This document shows, one piece after another, positions 24,533 through 34,114 of a DNA stretch of 52,988 nucleotides. The first letter of the stretch is position 1. Every line of letters starts with the position of its first letter. Position numbers and translations under genes: made by a program. Source of the DNA: Gemmatimonadales bacterium (GTDB lineage: Bacteria; Gemmatimonadota; Gemmatimonadetes; Gemmatimonadales; GWC2-71-9); assembly GCA_050733035.1 (NCBI GenBank), contig JBOHSJ010000277.1, forward strand, positions 1 through 52,988, given 5' to 3'. The notes under the pieces are model-generated. The model had not been told where the DNA came from. It ran no database searches and worked only from the letters and a program-made list of their open reading frames with translations.

Positions 24533-25607
24533 AGACTCCCTCGAGGGCCTTGGTGCCCTCCGGCATCGTCTCGCGGCTGGCCAGAGCGGCGGCAGCCGCA
24601 TCTTCAACCTGCTCCGTGACGTCCTTCTCCAACTCCCCGAGAACCTTCGCGGCGACGCCCTCTTCCTTCAAGTACGCTTCGTAGAGGCCGATCGGGTCGC
24701 GCTTGCCCCATTTGGCAAACAGCTCGGGCGAAAACGTTTCCCGGGCCTCGCGCTCGTCGTGCGTCGCGTGGCCGCCCATGCGGAACGTTTCAGCCACGAG
24801 CAGCGCCGGTCCGTTCCCACTGCGGCACCGTTCGGCGGCGATGCGGGTAGCGGCGTAGGCATCGAGCACGTTATTGCCGTCGAATACGGCACCCCAGACG
24901 CCGTAGCTCGCCGGCCAATCCTTGAAGTCGGCGGGGAGATGGTGCTGTTCGAGACGCGTGCCGAGCGCTACCTGGTTGTTTTCGATCACGAAAATGGCGG
25001 GGAGGCGCTGGACCGCGGCGAAGTTCGTCCCCTCGTGCGCTGCGGCGGTCTTGGTGGATCCATCACCCACCCACGTCAGCGCCACGCGCGGCTCGTGCTT
25101 CACTTTGAATGAAAGCGCGACGCCGGTGATCACCGGCACCATGTCGCCCACGTGTGAAATCGGCTGGAGCACGCCGTGCGTCATCGACCCCACGTGCAGA
25201 TCGCGGCCCTGACTGGGAGAATCCGCGGTCGCCAGGTACGCTCGCAGCATGTCCGCGATGGGCATTCCCATCTCGCAGCAGGCCGCGGCGTTGCGAATCA
25301 TCGGGGCGACGATGTCCTTGCCTCGCTCCAGCGCGTGCACCGGACCCACCGTCGTCGCCTCCTCGCCGGTCCCGAGCCACGCCTTGGAGATCACGCCGGT
25401 ACGGACCCAGCGCTTCAGCTCGATATCGTGCAGCCGCGCCCGCAACAGGCCGCGATACAGCTCGAGCTTCGCGTCGCGCGACAGCGTCTGAACGATGGCT
25501 GCGCGCTCGTCATTCGATTCGATGGTGGCGCGGTAGCCCCCGACGAGCGCGGGGTCCGGCTTCCAATCGACGTACTCCGGTGGGTCGAATGCGGGGAACC
25601 GCTTCAC
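24516..25607 (-). CDS. thiamine-diphosphate-dependent 2-oxoacid dehydrogenase E1 component, alpha subunit (no beta subunit adjacent)
   Basis: TPP-binding motif GDGSTKTAAAHEGTNFAAVQRLPAIFVIENNQVALGT. 363 aa. GTGA overlap with the upstream gene. Confidence 0.8.
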   Translation of the reverse strand: MKRFPAFDPPEYVDWKPDPALVGGYRATIESNDERAAIVQTLSRDAKLELYRGLLRARLHDIELKRWVRTGVISKAWLGTGEEATTVGPVHALERGKDIVAPMIRNAAACCEMGMPIADMLRAYLATADSPSQGRDLHVGSMTHGVLQPISHVGDMVPVITGVALSFKVKHEPRVALTWVGDGSTKTAAAHEGTNFAAVQRLPAIFVIENNQVALGTRLEQHHLPADFKDWPASYGVWGAVFDGNNVLDAYAATRIAAERCRSGNGPALLVAETFRMGGHATHDEREARETFSPELFAKWGKRDPIGLYEAYLKEEGVAAKVLGELEKDVTEQVEDAAAAALASRETMPEGTKALEGVYASRT

Positions 25608-26920
25608 GGCACGCCGAGTGCGCTCCGGCCCAGCACTTGTCCGTCGCGTTTGAAGACTCGGCCATCCTTCATGACGAACTGCACGTTTTGGAGGATCTGG
25701 ATGCTGTCGAGAGGGTTACCCGTCACGGCCACGATATCGGCGCGTTTCCCGACCGTTATCGTGCCGATCTCGCGCTCGAGTCCCAGCAGCGACGCGCCGC
25801 CCGACGTTCCCGCGACGATCGCCTGCAGCGGCGTCATCCCGTAGCGCACCATCAACGCGAACTCGCGGGCATTGGTCCCGTGGCGCATGACGCCGGCGTC
25901 GGTGCCGAGCGCGATCTTCACGCCGCCGTCCACCGCCAGCTTGAACGAGCGGTGCATGCGCGGCGCGATCGCGAGCGCCTTGGCGGCGATGGGCGGCGGC
26001 AGCCGCCCCGCGGTCGCCAGCGACTCGACGGTGAACCCGGCCAGCAGCGTCGGGACGAGCCACGTGCCGCGTTGCTTCATGAGCGTGACGGCTTCCCCGT
26101 CGAGAATCGAGCCGTGCTCGATCGACGCGACGCCCGCCCGCACGGCGGCCTTGATGCCCGCGGTGCCGTGCGCGTGCGCCGCGACGCGCCGGTCGAGCTG
26201 CGACGCCGTCTCGACGATGGCGCGCATTTCCTCCTCGGTGTACTGCTGCACGCCGACGGAGTCGGTCAGCGAGAGGACGCCGCCCGTCGCGCAGATTTTG
26301 ATGGCGTCCGCGCCGTACTTCACGGCAGAGCGCACGGCGTTGCGGACTTCTTCCACACCGTCCGCCACACCGGACTCGACGCCGGCCTCCCGGCCGAGCG
26401 CCCAGGGCTGGAGGCCATTGGTGCCGTCGCAATGGCCGCCGCGAATTCCGAACGAGACCCCCGCGCCGAGGATGCGCGGTCCGGGAATCCAGCCGGCGTT
26501 GATCGCATTGCGGAGCGCGATGTCGCTGAAACTGCCGGTCCCGACGACGCGCACGGTCGTGAATCCAGCTTCCAGCGTTTGCTGCGCGTGCGCGGCGCCG
26601 AGCAAAGCGAGCTGGCTGGGCATCTCGGTGAGCCCGGCGTGCTGCCAATCGCCGTCGCCGATCGTGTGCGAGGCGAGATGGACGTGGGCATCGATGAAGC
26701 CCGGCAGCACGGTCGCGCCGGACAGGTCGATCACCGTCGCGCCCGCCGGCACCTGGACGTTGGCGCCCACCGCGGTGATGCGGTCGCCCTGCACGAGAAT
26801 CACGGCGTTCCGCACGGGAGCCGCGCCGCTGCCATCTAGCAGCGTGCCTGCGCGAATGGCGGTGGTGGTTTGTGCGGGCTGTTGGACGAAGAGGAGGGAG
26901 GCAAAAACGAGTTTGATCAA
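25604..26920 (-). CDS. metal-dependent amidohydrolase (COG1228-type, imidazolonepropionase/Xaa-Pro dipeptidase-like), secreted
   Basis: TTG start overlaps the kinase stop (TTGA). Signal MIKLVFASLLFVQQPAQT. Motifs LPGFIDAHVHL, AAHAHG and GTDAG. Confidence 0.8.
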   Translation of the reverse strand: MIKLVFASLLFVQQPAQTTTAIRAGTLLDGSGAAPVRNAVILVQGDRITAVGANVQVPAGATVIDLSGATVLPGFIDAHVHLASHTIGDGDWQHAGLTEMPSQLALLGAAHAQQTLEAGFTTVRVVGTGSFSDIALRNAINAGWIPGPRILGAGVSFGIRGGHCDGTNGLQPWALGREAGVESGVADGVEEVRNAVRSAVKYGADAIKICATGGVLSLTDSVGVQQYTEEEMRAIVETASQLDRRVAAHAHGTAGIKAAVRAGVASIEHGSILDGEAVTLMKQRGTWLVPTLLAGFTVESLATAGRLPPPIAAKALAIAPRMHRSFKLAVDGGVKIALGTDAGVMRHGTNAREFALMVRYGMTPLQAIVAGTSGGASLLGLEREIGTITVGKRADIVAVTGNPLDSIQILQNVQFVMKDGRVFKRDGQVLGRSALGVP

Positions 26921-28017
26921 GAGAACTTCTCCTTGAGTTTGCCGAAGAACCCGCCGGACGATTCTGCGGAGCCCCCGCCGCCCGCACGCCCGGTGAGCGC
27001 GTCGCCAAACTCGATCGCGGTCGCGTAGCGGTCGTCGGGGTTGGTTTGCAAAGCCTTGATGAGCGCTTTCTCGACGGTCTCGGGGACGTCGGGTCGTAGC
27101 GTGCGGACGGACTGGGGCTGGCTGCGCAGCCGCGCGATCATCATCTCCTGCGCGTTCCGGCCCTGAAATGGCAGCTTCCCCGTGAACATCTCGAACGCCA
27201 CGATGCCGAGCGCGTAGATGTCGCTGCGGGCGTCGAGCGTCCTGCCGCGGATCTGCTCGGGGCTCATGAACTCCGGCGTGCCGAGGATGATGCCGGTGGC
27301 GGTGAGCTTGGCGATGGCGGGATCGGCGCGCCGCTCCTTGGCCAGCCCGAAATCCATGACCACCGCGCGTTCGGCGTTACTGCCGTCTTCCGGCACGAGC
27401 ATCACGTTCTCGGGCTTCAAGTCGCGGTGAATGATCTGCAGCTCGTGCGCGTGGTGCAGGCCGGCGCACATCTGTTGCAGCAGCGTCACGGAGAGGGTGA
27501 TGTCCATCGGACCGCCGCGGACTTCGCGGTCCGAGAGCAGCTCGCCCTTGAGGAACGGCATGACCAGATAAATCAGGCCGTCTTCCGACTCACCCAGCCG
27601 CAGGATCCGGCAGACGTTCGGATGGTCGAGCCGCATCGCCAACCCGGCTTCGCGGCGCAGCCGCTCGACGGAGCTCTTGTCGGATGCGAGCCGCGGCGAC
27701 AGCACCTTGATCGCGACCGTGTCATCCGAGGAGATCTCTTTGGCGAGGTAGACGTACGACATCCCCCCCTCGCCCAGCTTCTTCAGCACTTGATAGCGCG
27801 CGTCCAGGATCTGATTCGAGAGCGTCGAGGCGCGGTCCAAGCCGGCCGCTTTCCCCGGCGGCAGCGGCGTACGCACGCCGGTGCCGCTCCCGGATGGAGG
27901 AGGCTGGGCCGACTTCTTCGCCTGGATTTCGACGAGCATGCTTCCGTCCTTGGGGCAGAAGCGTGCCTGGGTGTCGGTGTACACGGACCCGCACTTGGGG
28001 CAGCGGCGCTCGCTCAT
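26917..28017 (-). CDS. Hanks-type Ser/Thr protein kinase with N-terminal zinc ribbon, no TM or sensor domain
   Basis: Zinc ribbon CPKCGSVYTDTQARFCPKDGS. Kinase motifs VAIKVL, HRDLKPENV, DFGLAK and GTPEFMSPE. Confidence 0.9.
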   Translation of the reverse strand: MSERRCPKCGSVYTDTQARFCPKDGSMLVEIQAKKSAQPPPSGSGTGVRTPLPPGKAAGLDRASTLSNQILDARYQVLKKLGEGGMSYVYLAKEISSDDTVAIKVLSPRLASDKSSVERLRREAGLAMRLDHPNVCRILRLGESEDGLIYLVMPFLKGELLSDREVRGGPMDITLSVTLLQQMCAGLHHAHELQIIHRDLKPENVMLVPEDGSNAERAVVMDFGLAKERRADPAIAKLTATGIILGTPEFMSPEQIRGRTLDARSDIYALGIVAFEMFTGKLPFQGRNAQEMMIARLRSQPQSVRTLRPDVPETVEKALIKALQTNPDDRYATAIEFGDALTGRAGGGGSAESSGGFFGKLKEKFS

Positions 28018-29441
28018 TGCCGAACCAAGTTGCGCCCTTCGTTCTTGGCGCGATAGAGGGCCTGGTCGGCGAGCGACACGAAGCTGTCGGCGCTGTGCAC
28101 ACGATCGTCGGGGAACGAAGCGAGCCCAATGCTCACGGTCATGTTGAGCGGGTCCTCCCCCGGATCGGCGAAGTCACGCGCCATGATGCGACGCCGCAGC
28201 CGCTCGGCGAAGATCTGCGCGCCGTGCGGCGCCGTTTCGGGCATTACCACCACGAACTCTTCTCCGCCGTAGCGGGCCACGATGTCCACGGACCGCGCCT
28301 CGCGGCGCAACAGCTCGCCCACCTGGCGGAGGACAGAGTCGCCGGCGATGTGTCCGCGCGTGTCGTTGATCGTTTTGAAACGGTCGATGTCGGCGAGCAG
28401 GATCGTCAGCGCCAGGTTGTAGCGGCGGGCGCGGTCCAGCTCCTGCGCCAGCGCCTCGGCGAGCGCGCGCCGGTTCATGCAGCCCGTGAGCGCGTCGGTG
28501 GACGCGAGCTTCTCGAGCCGCTGCTTGTCCGACACGGCGCTCTCGAAGTCGTACGCCTTCTCGATCGCGGACACGGCGGTCTTGATGACTGTTTCGGCGA
28601 ACGACGCATCCGCGCGCGTGAGCGGCGGATCATCGCCGGTCGTCCGCAGGAAGAAGACGCCGATCTGCTGATCCTTCATCCAGAACGGCAGCGCGACGGC
28701 GGAGCGCGTCGGGACCTTGATCTCCTCACGCTCCCAGCGGCGCCGCTCGTCCTCGTAGAGGGGATCGGTGGCGACGTCCTCGACCAGCACGAGCCGGCCG
28801 CTCGACACGGCCTTGCGGATCTCGGGGTAGCGCGCCAGCTCGATTTGGAGATTGCGCAGCATCGGGTTCTCGTAGGCCGCCACGACGACGCCCTGCTGAT
28901 CCCCCGGCTTGGCGAGCACCATCGAGCACTTGGAGATGTTGAGCGCCCGTGCCACGCGCCGGGCGAGGATGTGATACATCTCGTCCGGCTTCAGAGAGTC
29001 GGTCACCTCGTGGAGGATGTCCACCATGGCGGCGCGGCTGCGCGCCTCTTCGCGCGCCTGCGCCAGCGCCCGGCCCACGCGGATGTGGGCTTCCACGCGC
29101 GCCAGCAGCTCGCGTACGCGGAACGGCTTCGAGATGAAGTCGGCGGCGCCAAGACCCAGCGCGCGCACAGTCGCTTCTTCCGGCGGCATCGACGAGACCA
29201 TGAGGACCGGCAGATCCTTGTACCGCTCGTCCTGTTTCAGCCGCTCGAGCAGCTGCAGCCCGTCTACCTTCGGCATCATGATGTCGAGCAGCAGCAGGGC
29301 GGGCTTGATCTCCTCGAGCTTGGCGAACAGCCCGTCCCCTCCCGGGCACACGGCCACCTCGTAGCCGTGCTCCTTCAGAATCCAGGTGAGGGTCCGGACG
29401 AGGGATTCGTCGTCGTCAGCGACCAGGACGCGATTATTCAC
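28014..29441 (-). CDS. response-regulator receiver - GAF - GGDEF diguanylate cyclase
   Basis: GTG at 29441 (VNNRVLVADDDESL; residue 48 of ORF 28014-29582). REC motif LLLLDIMMPKVDG. Active GGEEF site with an RxxD I-site five residues upstream (RSVDIVARYGGEEF). Confidence 0.85.
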   Translation of the reverse strand: MNNRVLVADDDESLVRTLTWILKEHGYEVAVCPGGDGLFAKLEEIKPALLLLDIMMPKVDGLQLLERLKQDERYKDLPVLMVSSMPPEEATVRALGLGAADFISKPFRVRELLARVEAHIRVGRALAQAREEARSRAAMVDILHEVTDSLKPDEMYHILARRVARALNISKCSMVLAKPGDQQGVVVAAYENPMLRNLQIELARYPEIRKAVSSGRLVLVEDVATDPLYEDERRRWEREEIKVPTRSAVALPFWMKDQQIGVFFLRTTGDDPPLTRADASFAETVIKTAVSAIEKAYDFESAVSDKQRLEKLASTDALTGCMNRRALAEALAQELDRARRYNLALTILLADIDRFKTINDTRGHIAGDSVLRQVGELLRREARSVDIVARYGGEEFVVVMPETAPHGAQIFAERLRRRIMARDFADPGEDPLNMTVSIGLASFPDDRVHSADSFVSLADQALYRAKNEGRNLVRQ

Positions 29442-30370
29442 TGAGCCTCGAGTAGCGAGCGATCCACATTGCCACCGCTCACCACGAGCACGGTGGTCCT
29501 GGAGCGTGGCACCGCGCCCATGAGCAGCGCGGCTGTCGTTGCGGCACCGGACGGCTCGACGGCGAGCCGGCAGGTCCTCCATAGAAACTGCACGGCGGCT
29601 CGAATGCTGTCATCCTCGACCAGCACGACGCCGCGAACCCTATTCCGCTCGCGCGTCAGCTCGGCGAATGGGATCGTGCCGACGTTGAGCGTAATCAACC
29701 CGTCGGCGATGCTCTCAGTTTTCTGTAGTCTGATAACTTCGCGAGCCGCAAGCGACTTGTAGAGCTTCGGCGCGCCGCTGGGCTCCACACCCCAGACCGC
29801 CGCCTGGCTCTGCGCTGCCGCCAATCCGGCCACGATCCCGGAAATCAGGCCGCCGCCCCCGACCGGGACGACGACGGTCTCGACCTCAGGGAGCTGCTCC
29901 ACGATCTCGAGCGCGACGGTCGCCTGCCCGGCAACGATGTCGGGATGATCGAACGGTGGGACGATGGCGAGGCCCTGTTTCGCGGCGATCTCCTCGGCCG
30001 CGACGCGGCGATCCTCAGAGGTGCGGCCCGCGAAGACGACTTCCCCGCCCCACTTCTTCACGCCATCGACTTTCACCGCCGGCGCGGTCTCGGGCATGGT
30101 CACGACCGCCCGCACGCCGAATTGCTTGGCAGCATAGGCGACCGCCTGGCCGTGATTGCCTGACGAGTAGGTGATGACCCCGCGCTTCCGCACGGGGTCG
30201 GCGAGCTTCCGGATCGCGTTGTAGGCGCCGCGGATCTTGAACGCCCCGATGGGCTGCTCGTTTTCGAGCTTGAGGTGCGCGCCCAGCTCCTCGACATAGA
30301 CCAGCGACGTGCGGCGCGCCACACCCCGCAGCCCGGCTGCGGCTTCCTGAATGTCCTTGGCAGTGACCAC
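29438..30370 (-). CDS. PLP-dependent threonine/serine dehydratase (threonine ammonia-lyase, short catabolic type)
   Basis: GTG at 30370 (VVTAKDIQEAAAGL), one nt after the gyrA stop. PLP-Lys motif GAFKIRGAYN and GGGGLISG loop. The track's longer N-terminus overlaps the gyrA tail and is rejected. Confidence 0.8.
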   Translation of the reverse strand: MVTAKDIQEAAAGLRGVARRTSLVYVEELGAHLKLENEQPIGAFKIRGAYNAIRKLADPVRKRGVITYSSGNHGQAVAYAAKQFGVRAVVTMPETAPAVKVDGVKKWGGEVVFAGRTSEDRRVAAEEIAAKQGLAIVPPFDHPDIVAGQATVALEIVEQLPEVETVVVPVGGGGLISGIVAGLAAAQSQAAVWGVEPSGAPKLYKSLAAREVIRLQKTESIADGLITLNVGTIPFAELTRERNRVRGVVLVEDDSIRAAVQFLWRTCRLAVEPSGAATTAALLMGAVPRSRTTVLVVSGGNVDRSLLEAQ

Positions 30371-30371
30371 G

Positions 30372-32879
<2,508 letters not shown>

Positions 32880-32948
32880 GTAGGATCGGATTCTGGGTGA
32901 CGGGTGACGGATGCTGGATTGGCCATTCGAAAATGGCTAAGTTGATAA

Positions 32949-32977
32949 AAATTAAACACTTAGGTGGGGAAAAGCAA
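32949..32977 (-). promoter_or_regulatory. candidate sigma70-type promoter for gyrA (-35 TTGCTT, 17 nt, -10 TAATTT)
   Basis: Minus strand reads TTGCTTttccccacctaagtgttTAATTT in the only AT-rich island of the 164-nt gap upstream of gyrA. It would give a ~60-nt leader containing a GCCATT/AATGGC hairpin. Sequence pattern only. Confidence 0.35.
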
Positions 32978-33043
32978 CGGAACCCAGTCCCGTAAATCAG
33001 GACCCGGCCAGTAGTTATCCGCGGTGGTTGGCGATCGACCTGT

Positions 33044-34099
33044 CTATCCAACCCCGCCACTAACCTCCACCGCCACCTTGCCGAGCTGCTCGCCCTTCGC
33101 CAGTCGCTCGTAGGCCTCGCGCGCGCGAGCCAGGGGAAAGACCCGATCCACGATCGGCCGCAGCTCCCCCTGCCCCAGCCGCCGGACGATTTCCGCATAC
33201 TCCGCCGCGTTCCCCATCGTCGAACCGAGAATGCTCCAGTGGTGCCAAAACAGGCGCCGGATGTCGAGCGTCACCTGCGCACCGCTCGTCGCGCCGCACG
33301 TCACGAGCCGGCCCCCGCGCCGCAGGCACCGCAGCGAGTCGTCCCAGGTCGCCGCGCCCACGTTCTCGACCACCACATCCACGCCGCGCTTGTTGGTCAA
33401 CGCGCGGACTTCCTGAGCCACCCGCTGCATCCGGTGATTGAACGTGACATCGGCGCCGAGCTGCTTGGCGGCCGCGAGCTTGGCATCGTCGGAAGACGTC
33501 ACGATGACGCGCGCGCCGAGCAGTTTGGCGATCCGCAGCGCCGTGAGGGACACGCCGCCGCCGATCCCCCACACCAGCACCGTCTCACCCTGCGTGACGC
33601 GCGCCCGCGTGACCACCATGCGCCAGGCGGTCAGGGTGACGAGCGAAAACGCGGCCGCCTCGGCCCACGTCAGGGGAGGGGACAGATTCGGGACCCGCGC
33701 CACGTTGTGCGCGGGCACGGTGACGAGCTCCGCCATCGTCCCGGGCAGATGCTCTCCGAGCAGGCGGTAATTCACGCACAGCGAGTGTTCGCCGGCGCGG
33801 CAGAATTCGCACGTGTAGTCGGAGATCCCGGGATTCAGCATGACGCGGTCCCCCGGCTGAACCGAGGTGACGCCCGGCCCGACGGTTTCCACCAGCCCAG
33901 CGCCGTCGGCTCCGACGACGAAGGGGAACCGCTCGGCCGTTCCCGGCAGCCCTTCCGCGACGAACAGATCGAGGTGATTCAGCGCCGTCGCGCGAATCGC
34001 GACACGCACCTCACCCGCCTGGGGTGCAGGTGCGTCGGGGACGTCAGTGATCTTGAGCTGCTCGATGCCGCCTGAAGCGGTGAGGACGCAGGCGCGCAG
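33044..34099 (-). CDS. zinc-type medium-chain dehydrogenase/reductase (alcohol dehydrogenase / quinone oxidoreductase family)
   Basis: Motifs GEVRVAIRATALNHLD, CEFCRAGEHSLC and VWGIGGGVS. The conserved N-terminal strand LRACVLTASGGIEQLKITDVPDAPAPQAGEV lies upstream of the first GTG (34009), and the only near-cognate start is CTG 34099. Confidence 0.8.
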   Translation of the reverse strand: MRACVLTASGGIEQLKITDVPDAPAPQAGEVRVAIRATALNHLDLFVAEGLPGTAERFPFVVGADGAGLVETVGPGVTSVQPGDRVMLNPGISDYTCEFCRAGEHSLCVNYRLLGEHLPGTMAELVTVPAHNVARVPNLSPPLTWAEAAAFSLVTLTAWRMVVTRARVTQGETVLVWGIGGGVSLTALRIAKLLGARVIVTSSDDAKLAAAKQLGADVTFNHRMQRVAQEVRALTNKRGVDVVVENVGAATWDDSLRCLRRGGRLVTCGATSGAQVTLDIRRLFWHHWSILGSTMGNAAEYAEIVRRLGQGELRPIVDRVFPLARAREAYERLAKGEQLGKVAVEVSGGVG

Positions 34100-34114
34100 G
34101 GGGAACGCGCCTTT

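Noticed and set aside
25154-27008. Long alternative-frame ORFs (25154-26839 plus, 25716-27008 minus, 25872-26936 plus) over the amidohydrolase and kinase genes
   Set aside because: Only frame 25604-26920 (minus) gives the amidohydrolase metal-binding motifs (DAHVHL, AAHAHG, GTDAG). The others are Arg-rich with no domains.
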